Positions 16,868 through 26,945 of a DNA stretch of 43,901 nucleotides are shown piece by piece (positions within the stretch are counted from its first letter, which is position 1; every line of letters begins with the position of its first letter). Source of the DNA: Flavobacteriaceae bacterium (GTDB lineage Bacteria > Bacteroidota > Bacteroidia > Flavobacteriales > Flavobacteriaceae); assembly GCA_026988075.1 (NCBI GenBank), contig JALSLZ010000156.1:1-43901 (forward strand), in the 5' to 3' direction. The translations under genes were made by a program, and so were the position numbers. The notes under the pieces were generated by a model. That model worked only from the letters and a program-made list of their open reading frames with translations. It was not told the origin of the DNA and did no database searches.

Positions 16868-19417
16868 CTATTTTTTTAGTAACTTTAATGTGGTACTTGT
16901 GTTATTACCTGTTATTTTAAAGAAAAATAAATTAGAAGCCGTATTGGTTAAATCAATTTTATATTCGTTTTTATTTATTGATAAAGCAACATTTTTAATT
17001 AATCTACCTGTAATATCGTAAATTGCTACTTCTTCGATTTCTATTCCATTCATCTTTTTTAGTGTAAAGATTCCATTTGAAGGATTTGGATAAATAGAAA
17101 TATTGTCTTTAATGTCTTGTTCTGTAACATTTAAAGCTTGCGAACAGTTGTAAATAACTATATCATCTATATACCAACCAATTCTTCCGTTACAACCATC
17201 TGTACCCATTTCCCATCTAAATTGTATTGATTGTGTTGAAGAGTTTGCTTGAACACCTAATACTGAAAAATCAATAACACTTGTTCCCCAAGAGCTAGTG
17301 CTTCCGCCTTCATCCGAACCTGTAAAAGCCGCTTCGCCATGCATTGGGTTGTCATTTACATCATTTAAAAAATCATTATATGGGTTTTCTAAAAAGGCAG
17401 ATGCAGGTACTAATGACCAAAAAAGACCGTCTAAAGTATATTTTAAATTACCACCATCCCAATTTTGCTCTGTTGAGACGTTATGTGTAAAAGCCATTTT
17501 TAGTTTGCCTGAATTGTATTCAGGTAAATTAATTAAAGGACTTTGTAAACGAATAATTCCATTCTCTAAATCATCACCACAATTACCATTAATAGGATCT
17601 ATAGCAAACATGGCATTTCCAGCTCTATTTTTTGGTAAATTTCCAACAATTTCCCAATCTCTCGATTCCCAAGTAGCAGCTTGTACAGGTAGTTGTTGTA
17701 GTGTCCAATTGCCAATTCCAGACTCCCAATCTTCAAAAAATATTGGGTTAGACGTTGCTGCTGAACATAAATCATTGATTGGTGCTAAAATAGTTTGAAA
17801 ATTACAGTTAGTATTTGTTCTTAATTCAACAGCTAAAAGAGTGTTAATTACACTGTTTAAATCTGCATTTGTAATCACTTCTCCAGATAAGCCTGTAGCT
17901 ACAGTAGTTGATAAGCCTTCTAAATTCACACCTATTAAGTCAGAGCAAGAAGTTTCTAAAGCATCTGCTAAATTACTAAAATCACTTGTAGGCGTTAAAT
18001 ATTGCGTTTGAGCTCTCCAAAAGATATGAGCTGCTTTTATTAAACCGATTCCATTGATATTTGTATTGTTGTAAAAACCGCCATCTACTAAAAGTGCATA
18101 AGTATGATTTGGTATACCAGAATTTGTATGAACACCTCCATTATCATTTGACGAGCACACATAGTTTGAAGCATCATTTACTTTTCCAGGATCGCCTTTA
18201 CATGTTGGATCCCACATATCTCTAATAGCGCCTCCAAAAGCAGTTGCATCTTCACCCATCATCCAGCGTTGTGAACTACCACAGCTATGACGTAATGAAA
18301 GATCTTCGTCTGTATCTTCGTAATTGTTTATCAAATCTACTGTTTCTCCCCAAATATCAGAATACGCTTCGTTTATTGCGCCACTTTGATAGGCGTAAAT
18401 TAAACCACTTGTATATTCTGTATATGCATGTGCCCATTCATGAGCAATAACATCATCAGAAGCCGTTCCGTCGCAATAATTTACCGTAGTTCCATTCCAA
18501 TTTGCGTTAGGGCAATTAATATTAGGATTGTTGTTTATTGTACGCATTTGCGCTTCTGCATTATCATAAGAATTGTAATTAAACGCATTTTTAAAAAAAT
18601 TATATGCGTGTTTAGACACATTTACTTCATTCTGTTGCCAAATTGAAAGTGTACCAGGAAATGCATCGCCTTCTTGCCAAACTATATTAGATGTATCGTT
18701 TTCAAAAATAATACGGTTTACAGCATGTGCTATTCCTGTAAATTGTGCTACTATTTTTCCATTTTTAGCATTGATAAACAGAAATTCTCGTACATCAAGC
18801 TCATTAGTGACTTCAATTCTATATACTAAATAGTTTCTTCCGATTTGATTTTGTACTAAACCTTTATAAAAGATATAAAGTTTATTGTTTTTGGTTATTA
18901 GTGGCTGTTTGGAATTGTTTAATTGTTGATTTTTAATTTCTCTAATAGCAATTGTATTGGCTTGAATACGACTAATAGTACTTGTTGTATTTAAATTTAT
19001 TTGTGGTATGTAATTACCATTAATGGCTGTTAATTTTTGTTTTTTATTGAAATGAAAGGTTAATTTACCATCAAAAACAGAAATACCATTGTGATTTTGT
19101 TTTAACACAATACTTGATAAACCATATTGATCTGTTTGTTCTTTTTCAAAATAAAATTCATGTATAGATTTAATTTTGAATATTTCTTTATTTGAGTTTA
19201 AAAAATCAGTTACTTTTTCTTTTAAAGTATTTCCTTGTAATTCTATTGCGTTTTGTGATGAGAAACGAATAAAGTCAGGTATTCCAAAAATAGGACTTAT
19301 TGTTATTTTAGCATTGGTTTTTTCTTTGAATTGTTTAATGCGTTCTGTTGTGTTTTGTGCATTAGCAAATAATGCAAAAAAGGCTAATAATAAAAATAGA
19401 ATAGTTTTTTTCATCAT
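16868..19417 (-). CDS. secreted M4 (thermolysin-like) metallopeptidase with propeptide, C-terminal beta-sandwich (MAM-like) domain and T9SS sorting domain
   Basis: 849 aa. Signal peptide, FTP/PepSY-like propeptide, zinc motif VIAHEWAHAYTE plus GGVHTNSGIPNH, FEDWESGIGNWTL (MAM-like), and a T9SS type A CTD (ISIYPNPSNGIFTL...FFFKI). Confidence 0.85.
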   Translation of the reverse strand: MMKKTILFLLLAFFALFANAQNTTERIKQFKEKTNAKITISPIFGIPDFIRFSSQNAIELQGNTLKEKVTDFLNSNKEIFKIKSIHEFYFEKEQTDQYGLSSIVLKQNHNGISVFDGKLTFHFNKKQKLTAINGNYIPQINLNTTSTISRIQANTIAIREIKNQQLNNSKQPLITKNNKLYIFYKGLVQNQIGRNYLVYRIEVTNELDVREFLFINAKNGKIVAQFTGIAHAVNRIIFENDTSNIVWQEGDAFPGTLSIWQQNEVNVSKHAYNFFKNAFNYNSYDNAEAQMRTINNNPNINCPNANWNGTTVNYCDGTASDDVIAHEWAHAYTEYTSGLIYAYQSGAINEAYSDIWGETVDLINNYEDTDEDLSLRHSCGSSQRWMMGEDATAFGGAIRDMWDPTCKGDPGKVNDASNYVCSSNDNGGVHTNSGIPNHTYALLVDGGFYNNTNINGIGLIKAAHIFWRAQTQYLTPTSDFSNLADALETSCSDLIGVNLEGLSTTVATGLSGEVITNADLNSVINTLLAVELRTNTNCNFQTILAPINDLCSAATSNPIFFEDWESGIGNWTLQQLPVQAATWESRDWEIVGNLPKNRAGNAMFAIDPINGNCGDDLENGIIRLQSPLINLPEYNSGKLKMAFTHNVSTEQNWDGGNLKYTLDGLFWSLVPASAFLENPYNDFLNDVNDNPMHGEAAFTGSDEGGSTSSWGTSVIDFSVLGVQANSSTQSIQFRWEMGTDGCNGRIGWYIDDIVIYNCSQALNVTEQDIKDNISIYPNPSNGIFTLKKMNGIEIEEVAIYDITGRLIKNVALSINKNEYKIDLTNTASNLFFFKITGNNTSTTLKLLKK

Positions 19418-19779
19418 TTAAAGTTAAAATGGAATCGCAATTTACAATTATTTTGTAACGATTCAATGAAATGGAAGAATGAAAATCTATGTAAAGATAC
19501 GTTTTAAATTTTTTTTTTGATTTAATTCTTTAAGGTAAAGCGTCGAAATGTAAAAAAATGGGTTTGTTAAGTCTTTGGTTATTCACTATAATGAGGTAAT
19601 ATGTAACAAACATTGGAGCAAGTGTTTTGCGTGCAAGTGCTTAGTTCATTGTTTTATCAGTTTGAATAATAACACCTTGGTAGTACGACTCAGAATAGGT
19701 TTAATTTTCTACATATTCAATCTATATCAAGCATCATTATTATATGGCTAATGTTGCTATTTTGTTAAAATAAATTATG

Positions 19780-19787
19780 TAAATTTG
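19780..19787 (+). promoter_or_regulatory. -7 promoter box (TAaaTTTG) for lpdA
   Basis: Lies 25 nt upstream of the ATG at 19812. It overlaps the TTG at 19785 used by the track ORF, which argues for the ATG start. Confidence 0.45.
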
Positions 19788-19811
19788 CTTATTATAAATA
19801 AAACAAAAATT

Positions 19812-21212
19812 ATGAGTAAATACGATGTTACCGTTATTGGTTCTGGTCCTGGAGGATATGTTGCTGCAATACGTTGCGCACAATTAGGGTTAAAAACTGC
19901 CATTATTGAAAAATACAATACACTTGGTGGAACTTGTTTAAACGTTGGATGTATACCTTCAAAAGCATTGTTAGATTCATCTCATCATTATCACGATGCT
20001 GTAAATCATTTTGAAAAACACGGTATTAAAACGGGTAAACTTTCGGTTGACTTTAAGCAAATGATTAGCCGTAAAGATGAGGTTGTTTCTCAAACTTGTG
20101 AAGGTATTAATTTTTTAATGGCAAAAAATAAGATTGATGTTTTTACTGGCGTTGGAAGTTTTAAAGACGCTACACACATAAATATAGCTAAAGCGGATGG
20201 CAATACAGAAACCATCGAATCTAAGAACACCATTATAGCTACTGGCTCAAAACCAGCTACTTTACCTTTTATTAAATTGGATAAAAAACGTGTAATAACC
20301 TCAACCGAAGCTTTAAGTTTAAAAGAAATTCCAAAACATTTAATTGTAATTGGTGGTGGCGTTATTGGTTTAGAACTTGGTTCTGTTTATAAACGTTTAG
20401 GTTCTGAAGTATCTGTAATTGAATACATGCCAACAATTGTACCTACAATGGACAAAATGTTATCTAAAGAATTACAAAAATCTTTAAAAAAGCAAAAAGT
20501 AAAATTTTATACGTCACATAAAGTAAGTTCTGTTACAGGAAACGCTAAAGAAGTAGTAATTACTGCTGAAAACAAAAAAGGAGAAACGGTTGAATTTAAA
20601 GGTGATTATTGCTTAGTTTCTGTAGGAAGAAGACCATTTACTAATGGATTAGGTCTTGAAAATGCAGGTGTAAAATTAACAGAAAGAGGTCAAATAGAAA
20701 CAAATGCACATTTACAAACAAACATAAAAAACATTTATGCTATTGGCGATGTGGTTAAAGGTGCAATGCTTGCTCATAAAGCAAGTGAAGAAGGAGAATT
20801 TGTAGCCGAAACTATTGCTGGTCAAAAACCGCATATGGATTATAATTTAATTCCAGGCGTAGTTTATACTTGGCCAGAAGTAGCTGCTGTTGGTAAAACA
20901 GAGCAAGAACTAAAAGACGCAGGTGTAGCAATTAAAGTGGGTTCATTTCCTATGCGAGCTTTAGGTAGAGCAAGAGCAAGTATGGATTTAGAAGGACAAG
21001 TAAAAGTAATAGCAGACGCTAAAACGGATGAAATTTTAGGCGTTCATATGATTGGCGCAAGAGCTGCCGATATGATTGCCGCTGCTGTTGTTGCAATGGA
21101 ATTTAGAGCTTCAAGCGAAGATATTGCAAGAACTTCGCATGCACATCCTACTTTTACCGAAGCTATTAAAGAAGCATGTATGGCTGTTGAAAACAGAGCA
21201 ATTCATAGTTAA
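19812..21212 (+). CDS. lpdA: dihydrolipoyl dehydrogenase
   Basis: MSKYDVTVIGSGPGGYVAA (FAD fold), redox disulfide GGTCLNVGCIPSK, NAD fold VIGGGVIGLELG, and C-terminal HAHPTFTE. Confidence 0.95.
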   Translation: MSKYDVTVIGSGPGGYVAAIRCAQLGLKTAIIEKYNTLGGTCLNVGCIPSKALLDSSHHYHDAVNHFEKHGIKTGKLSVDFKQMISRKDEVVSQTCEGINFLMAKNKIDVFTGVGSFKDATHINIAKADGNTETIESKNTIIATGSKPATLPFIKLDKKRVITSTEALSLKEIPKHLIVIGGGVIGLELGSVYKRLGSEVSVIEYMPTIVPTMDKMLSKELQKSLKKQKVKFYTSHKVSSVTGNAKEVVITAENKKGETVEFKGDYCLVSVGRRPFTNGLGLENAGVKLTERGQIETNAHLQTNIKNIYAIGDVVKGAMLAHKASEEGEFVAETIAGQKPHMDYNLIPGVVYTWPEVAAVGKTEQELKDAGVAIKVGSFPMRALGRARASMDLEGQVKVIADAKTDEILGVHMIGARAADMIAAAVVAMEFRASSEDIARTSHAHPTFTEAIKEACMAVENRAIHS

Positions 21213-21221
21213 ATCCTATTT

Positions 21222-21266
21222 AAAAACAACAGCCTTAATATGTATATAAATATTAAGGCTGTTTTT
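21222..21266 (+). terminator. rho-independent terminator after lpdA
   Basis: 13-bp perfect stem ACAGCCTTAATAT (21229-21241) / ATATTAAGGCTGT (21250-21262), 8-nt loop, then TTTT. Confidence 0.75.
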
Positions 21267-21309
21267 AGATTTTACAAGAAATAAGCACATCTATAAATCC
21301 GTTTTTTAA

Positions 21310-21317
21310 TATATTTG
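21310..21317 (+). promoter_or_regulatory. -7 promoter box (TAtaTTTG) for mfd
   Basis: Lies 24 nt upstream of the TTG start at 21341. Confidence 0.4.
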
Positions 21318-21340
21318 CAATATAACAAACACATAAACAG

Positions 21341-24300
21341 TTGTCACACCAACTAATTGCCTCAAAATTTGAAAAATCTGAAAAAACACAACAGATAATT
21401 CAAACCTTAAAACAAGAAAAACAACAAATTCAAATATCGAATTTGACTGGATCTTCATTGTCTTTTTTGATTTCAGAAGTCTTTAAAGAAACAGAAAAAC
21501 CATTCTTATTAATTTTTGAAGATAAAGAACAAGCTGCCTATTATTTAAATGACTTAGAGCAACTTTTAGGCGAAAAAAATTTACTGTTTTATCCAGCTTC
21601 GTATCGTAGAGCATATCAGCTTGAAGAAACCGATAATGCAAACATTTTATTGCGTTCAGAGGTTTTAAACAGAATAAATTCACAAAGAAAACCTGCTATA
21701 ATTGTAACGTATCCACAAGCTTTGTTTGAGCAAGTTATAACAAAATCTGTTTTAAATAAAAACACCTTAAAAGTAACTGTAAACGAAGAATTATCACTCG
21801 ATTTTATTACAGAATTACTCTTTGAATATCATTTTGAAAAAGTAGATTTTGTTTCTGAACCAGGACAGTTTGCTGTTCGTGGCGGAATTATAGATGTGTT
21901 TTCATACAGTAATGATGAGCCATACCGAATAGAATTTTTTGGCGATGAAGTTGATAGTATTAGAACTTTTGATGTAGAAACACAGTTATCCATCGAGAAA
22001 CTGAAAAAAATTAGCATTCTACCTAATGTTGCTAATAAAATGATGGAAGAAAAACGCGAAAGCTTCCTAAAGTACATTCCTAATAAGACCGTAATTTTTG
22101 CAAAAAACATTCTCAATCTTAAAGACGATTTAGACCATGTTTTTGCTAAAGCAGAACGTGATTATGTAGATTTAAAAGGAGAAATAAAACAAGGTAGCCC
22201 AAAAGAATTATTTTGTAATGGCGATTTAATCCTAAATCAGTTAAAAGATTTTTCTTTAGTTAACTTAAATTCTTCTACCAAGTTAAATCAAATTTCTTCG
22301 CTTAAGGAAAATAGAAAATGGAAATTTAACACAAAGCCGCAACCGAGTTTTAATAAAAAATTCCCATTATTAATCCAGAATTTAGTCGAAAACACCAAAG
22401 CTGGTTTTCAAAACATTATCTGCTGTGACAATAAAAAACAAGCAAAACGCTTTCAAGATATTTTTGACGATCAAGAACAAGAAATAAAATACCAAACTAT
22501 TGTTTTTCCGATGTATGAAGGTTTTATTGATGTAGATAAACGTTTGGTTTGTTATACAGATCATCAAATATTTGAACGCTATCATAAATTCCATTTAAAG
22601 AATAATTTTTCAAAAAAACAAGCCATCACTTTAAAGGAATTGACAAGTTTGCAAATTGGCGATTACGTTACGCATATAGATCATGGCGTTGGAAAGTTTG
22701 GCGGATTACAAAAAATTGATGTTGCTGGTATTGGTGTAAATCAAGGTAAAACCTCAAAACAAGAAGCAATAAAACTTATTTATGGCGAACGTGATGTTTT
22801 GTATATTAGCATTCATTCGTTACATAAAATTTCAAAATATGGCGGAAAAGATGGCAAAGCACCAAAAATATATAAATTAGGTTCTGGAGCTTGGAAAAAA
22901 ATCAAGCAAAAAACCAAATCTAAAATCAAACATATTGCATATAACCTAATAAAATTATATGCAAAACGAAAAATGCAAAAAGGACATTCGTTTAACCCAG
23001 ATACTTATATGCAACATGAATTAGAAGCGAGTTTTATTTATGAAGATACTCCAGATCAATTCAAAGCAACGCAAGAAGTAAAAGCCGACATGGAAAACGA
23101 ACGTCCGATGGATAGATTGGTTTGTGGAGATGTTGGTTTTGGTAAAACAGAAATTGCAATAAGAGCCGCTTTTAAAGCTGTTGATAATGGTAAGCAAGTT
23201 GCCATTTTAGTACCAACTACTATTTTGGCTTTTCAACATTTTAAAACATTTACAGAGCGCTTAAAAGATTTTCCTGTAACGATAGATTACCTAAATCGTT
23301 TTAGAACAACCAAGCAACGAAACGAAGTGATAAAAGGTTTAGATAGTGGTATAGTTGATATTGTTATCGGAACGCATCAGTTAGTAAATAAAAAAATCAA
23401 ATTTAAAGACTTAGGCTTACTAATTATCGACGAAGAACAAAAATTTGGTGTAGCAGTTAAAGATAAATTAAAAACAATAAAAGAAAACGTTGATACTTTA
23501 ACCCTTACAGCGACACCAATACCAAGAACTTTACAGTTTTCATTAATGGCAGCTCGTGATTTATCTATTATTGCTACTGCGCCACCAAATAGACATCCTA
23601 TAGAAAGTAATGTTATCCGTTTTAACGAAGAAATAATACGTGACGCTATTCAGTATGAAATTTCTCGTGGTGGACAAGTTTTTTTTATTAATAACCGAAT
23701 TGAAAACATTAAAGAAGTTGCTGGTTTGGTACAAAGATTAGTTCCTAATGCTAAAATTGGTATTGGTCATGGACAAATGGAAGGCAAAAAATTAGAAGCT
23801 TTAATGCTTGGTTTTATGAATAATGAATTTGATGTTTTAGTATCGACAACCATTATTGAAAGCGGATTAGACGTACCAAATGCAAATACTATTTTTATAA
23901 ATAACGCTAATAATTTTGGGCTTTCTGACTTGCATCAAATGCGAGGACGTGTTGGACGTTCTAACAAAAAAGCTTTCTGCTATTTTGTTACACCACCATA
24001 TCATATGATGAGTACCGATGCTCGAAAACGTATTGAAGCATTGATGTTATTTAATGAGCTTGGTAGCGGAATTAATATTGCTATGAAAGACCTTGAGATT
24101 CGTGGTGCTGGTGATTTACTTGGCGGAGAACAAAGTGGTTTTATAAATGACATTGGTTTTGATACCTATCAAAAAATTCTAAATGAAGCAATTCAAGAAC
24201 TTAAAGAAACAGAATTTAAGGAGTTGTATAAAGATGAAAACAATGATAAAATAAAAAATTACGTTAAAGAAGTACAATTAGATACCGATTTTGAAATCCT

Positions 24301-24721
24301 TATTCCAGATGATTATATTAGCATAATTACCGAACGATTAAGTCTGTATGAAGAATTAAGTGTTTTAGAAAATAATGAAGAACTAAAAGCTTTTGAAAAA
24401 CGATTAACCGACCGGTTTGGAGAAATACCAATCCAGATAGTAGATTTATTAAATTCCGTTAGAATAAAATGGTTGGCACAAGAGTTTGGTTTAGAAAAAG
24501 TCATTTTAAAACAAAAACGTATGATAGGTTATTTTGTTGGTAATCAGCAAAGTGATTTTTATAATAGCGATAAATTTACACGTGTGCTAAACTACGTTCA
24601 AAAAAATAAAACCACTTGTGTAATGAAAGAAAAACAAACCAAGCAAGGTTTACGTTTATTAATTACGTTTATTAGAATTGATAGTGTTGAAAAAGCATTA
24701 GAAGTTTTAAAAACCATTTAA
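21341..24721 (+). CDS. mfd: transcription-repair coupling factor
   Basis: 1126 aa. UvrB-homology N-terminus, CarD/RID region (GDYVTHIDHGVGKF), SF2 helicase motifs GDVGFGKTE and DEEQKFG, and a TRCF C-terminal domain. TTG start, because the frame opens at 21326 with no in-frame ATG. Confidence 0.95.
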   Translation: MSHQLIASKFEKSEKTQQIIQTLKQEKQQIQISNLTGSSLSFLISEVFKETEKPFLLIFEDKEQAAYYLNDLEQLLGEKNLLFYPASYRRAYQLEETDNANILLRSEVLNRINSQRKPAIIVTYPQALFEQVITKSVLNKNTLKVTVNEELSLDFITELLFEYHFEKVDFVSEPGQFAVRGGIIDVFSYSNDEPYRIEFFGDEVDSIRTFDVETQLSIEKLKKISILPNVANKMMEEKRESFLKYIPNKTVIFAKNILNLKDDLDHVFAKAERDYVDLKGEIKQGSPKELFCNGDLILNQLKDFSLVNLNSSTKLNQISSLKENRKWKFNTKPQPSFNKKFPLLIQNLVENTKAGFQNIICCDNKKQAKRFQDIFDDQEQEIKYQTIVFPMYEGFIDVDKRLVCYTDHQIFERYHKFHLKNNFSKKQAITLKELTSLQIGDYVTHIDHGVGKFGGLQKIDVAGIGVNQGKTSKQEAIKLIYGERDVLYISIHSLHKISKYGGKDGKAPKIYKLGSGAWKKIKQKTKSKIKHIAYNLIKLYAKRKMQKGHSFNPDTYMQHELEASFIYEDTPDQFKATQEVKADMENERPMDRLVCGDVGFGKTEIAIRAAFKAVDNGKQVAILVPTTILAFQHFKTFTERLKDFPVTIDYLNRFRTTKQRNEVIKGLDSGIVDIVIGTHQLVNKKIKFKDLGLLIIDEEQKFGVAVKDKLKTIKENVDTLTLTATPIPRTLQFSLMAARDLSIIATAPPNRHPIESNVIRFNEEIIRDAIQYEISRGGQVFFINNRIENIKEVAGLVQRLVPNAKIGIGHGQMEGKKLEALMLGFMNNEFDVLVSTTIIESGLDVPNANTIFINNANNFGLSDLHQMRGRVGRSNKKAFCYFVTPPYHMMSTDARKRIEALMLFNELGSGINIAMKDLEIRGAGDLLGGEQSGFINDIGFDTYQKILNEAIQELKETEFKELYKDENNDKIKNYVKEVQLDTDFEILIPDDYISIITERLSLYEELSVLENNEELKAFEKRLTDRFGEIPIQIVDLLNSVRIKWLAQEFGLEKVILKQKRMIGYFVGNQQSDFYNSDKFTRVLNYVQKNKTTCVMKEKQTKQGLRLLITFIRIDSVEKALEVLKTI

Positions 24722-24751
24722 AAAGTATCTCTTAAATAACATAAAAAAGTT

Positions 24752-24759
24752 TATTTTTG
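24752..24759 (+). promoter_or_regulatory. -7 promoter box (TAttTTTG) upstream of the tandem GT2 gene
   Basis: Matches TAnnTTTG, 71 nt upstream of the ATG at 24830. Confidence 0.35.
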
Positions 24760-24829
24760 TAGTACTTAAAATCAAATTAACAATTTGAAAAAAAATGCTT
24801 TTCACTCTAAAAAAAATTATGCTTAATTA

Positions 24830-26404
24830 ATGCATCTAAAAAACAACATAAAAGTATCATTAATTATAGCTACATACAATTGGGTTGAAGCTTTAGATTT
24901 GGTATTGTTAAGTGTTTTTAATCAAAGTGAAATGCCTTTTGAAATCATAATAGCAGATGACGGTTCAAAAGATGAAACCAAAACCTTAATAAGTAGTTAT
25001 AAAAGTAAATTTAGTAAATTAGTACATGTTTGGCATGAAGATAATGGCTTTCGATTGGCTACAATTAGAAACAAAGCAATAAAACAAGCAAAAGGCAATT
25101 ACATCATCCAAATTGATGGCGATGTTATTTTACACAAACATTTTATTAAAGATCATATTAATAATGCTAAAAAAGGTGCGTTTTTAGTCGGTTCACGTGT
25201 TTTATTAGGTGAAAGCATTTCAGAAAATATTTTAAAATCAAAAAAAATAACATTTCATTTTTTTAATAAAGATATCACAAACAAACAATACACCTTACAT
25301 CTGCCTTTTTTATCTAAATTGATGAAATCGCCAACAAACGACATTTATAAAGTTATCCGATCGGTTAGAGGTTGTAATATGAGTTTTTATAAAGCAGATT
25401 TATTACGTGTAAACGGTTACGATGAAGCTATGATTGGTTGGGGACGAGAAGATTCTGAAATTAGCGCTCGACTAATAAATATGGGTTTAACAAAAAACAA
25501 ACTGAAATTTTCTGGAATTCAATACCATATTTATCATACTGAAAACTCAAGAGAAGGCATTAATCTTAACGACAAAATATTAAATAATACGGTAGAAAAT
25601 AATATTGTATATGCAAAAAACGGAATTGTAAAAAATCAAAAATACATTCAGAAAAATAAGTTAACCGCTATAATACCTACCTTTAATGAAGAAGTTAATA
25701 TAGATTGCGTTATACAAAATTTAAAATTTGCCGATGAAATATTAGTTATAGATTCATTTAGTACTGATAAAACGATTGAACTTGCTCAAAACTATGATGT
25801 AAAAATAATTCAACGAAAATTCGATAATTTTTCTTCTCAAAAAAATTTCGCTATTGATAAAGCTAAAAATGATTGGGTTTTAGTTTTAGATGCTGATGAA
25901 AGATTGTCTAAAGAAGCTGTAAAAGAAATTACACAAATTTTACATCAAGATATTGATGTCGATGCTTTTTGGATGCATAGAGATAATTATTTTTTAAATA
26001 AAAAAATAAAATATAGCGGCTGGCAAAACGATAAGATAATCAAACTTTTTAATAGAAAAAAAGCACGATATAACGGCAAATTAGTACATGAAGAAATAAC
26101 ATGTAGTGGTAACGAACAGTTTTTAAAAAATAAACTTTTACACTACACGTATAAAAATAATGAAGATTATAAAAATAAAATAACCTTATATTCTGTTTTA
26201 AAAGCAAAGGAATTGTTCCATCAAAAAACAAAACCAAATACCTATCATTTTTACATTAAACCAGCTTGGAGATTTGTTTATCATTACATTTTAAAATTAG
26301 GTTTTTTAGACGGAAAAAGAGGTTGGATTATTGCATCTATTAATGCTTATGGTATTAAAAATAGATATGTTGAATTGAAAAAAATGTATGAAAAATCAAA
26401 TTAA
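24830..26404 (+). CDS. two-domain glycosyltransferase (tandem family-2 GT-A modules)
   Basis: 524 aa. Module 1 (~1-255): VSLIIATYNW...IIIADDGSKDET, DGD, and a Glyco_transf_7C-like GCNMSFYKADLLRVNGYDEAMIGWGREDSE. Module 2 (~270-524): LTAIIPTFNEEVNI...VIDSFSTDKT...LDADE (WaaE/KdtX-like). Confidence 0.8.
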   Translation: MHLKNNIKVSLIIATYNWVEALDLVLLSVFNQSEMPFEIIIADDGSKDETKTLISSYKSKFSKLVHVWHEDNGFRLATIRNKAIKQAKGNYIIQIDGDVILHKHFIKDHINNAKKGAFLVGSRVLLGESISENILKSKKITFHFFNKDITNKQYTLHLPFLSKLMKSPTNDIYKVIRSVRGCNMSFYKADLLRVNGYDEAMIGWGREDSEISARLINMGLTKNKLKFSGIQYHIYHTENSREGINLNDKILNNTVENNIVYAKNGIVKNQKYIQKNKLTAIIPTFNEEVNIDCVIQNLKFADEILVIDSFSTDKTIELAQNYDVKIIQRKFDNFSSQKNFAIDKAKNDWVLVLDADERLSKEAVKEITQILHQDIDVDAFWMHRDNYFLNKKIKYSGWQNDKIIKLFNRKKARYNGKLVHEEITCSGNEQFLKNKLLHYTYKNNEDYKNKITLYSVLKAKELFHQKTKPNTYHFYIKPAWRFVYHYILKLGFLDGKRGWIIASINAYGIKNRYVELKKMYEKSN

Positions 26405-26945
26405 AAATTCAACTGAATTCCTTATTAAAGGTAAAATAATTCTCTATCCTACAGATACGATTTGGGGCATTGGCTGTGATGCCACAAATAAAAACGCTAT
26501 TCAGCATGTTTTTAAACTCAAACAAAGAAACGAAAGTAAAAGTCTTATTATTTTAGTTAGTAGTATTGAAATGTTACAAAATTACATACAAGACATTCCT
26601 CAAGAGATAAAAAATTATTTAAATAAAACAAGCAGTCCAACAACAGTAATATACAATAACCCAAAAAACCTACCTAATAACTTAATTGCTCAAGATAACA
26701 CAATCGCTATTAGAATTGTAAAAAGCGGCTTTGCACATAAACTAATTAAAGAATTTAACAAACCAATTGTTTCTACTTCTGCAAACATTTCAAATAAAGA
26801 AACACCAATTGGTTTTAACGATATTTCATTAGAAATTAAAAATAAAGTGGACTATATTGTAAAAGTTAATAACGAACAGTTAGTAAAGAAATCATCAAAA
26901 ATAATTAGATTTGCTAAAAATAAAATAGAAGTATTACGAAAATGA
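26388..26945 (+). CDS. tsaC: L-threonylcarbamoyladenylate synthase (YrdC/TsaC type)
   Basis: 185 aa single YrdC domain: [31 protein letters not shown]. Overlaps the upstream gene by 17 nt. Confidence 0.8.
   Translation: MKNQIKNSTEFLIKGKIILYPTDTIWGIGCDATNKNAIQHVFKLKQRNESKSLIILVSSIEMLQNYIQDIPQEIKNYLNKTSSPTTVIYNNPKNLPNNLIAQDNTIAIRIVKSGFAHKLIKEFNKPIVSTSANISNKETPIGFNDISLEIKNKVDYIVKVNNEQLVKKSSKIIRFAKNKIEVLRK

Noticed and set aside
17298-19421. + strand ORFs 17298-17798, 18244-18450, 18428-18646 and 19176-19421 inside the M4 peptidase gene
   Set aside because: They are antisense to a gene with clear HEXXH and T9SS signatures, and their sequences are compositionally odd (Cys/Ser/Ile-rich).
19418-19811. 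Search for a small RNA, riboswitch or micro-ORF in the long protease-lpdA intergenic region
   Set aside because: Only ORFs of 13 codons or fewer and weak hairpins were seen, with no recognisable Rfam-like conserved core. It is retained only as a note under the protease finding.
24795-24830. 11-codon upstream ORF (MLFTLKKIMLN) whose TAA overlaps the GT2 ATG as TAATG
   Set aside because: It could be a coupling leader peptide. However, such tiny ORFs arise by chance in AT-rich leaders, and I have no evidence of conservation.
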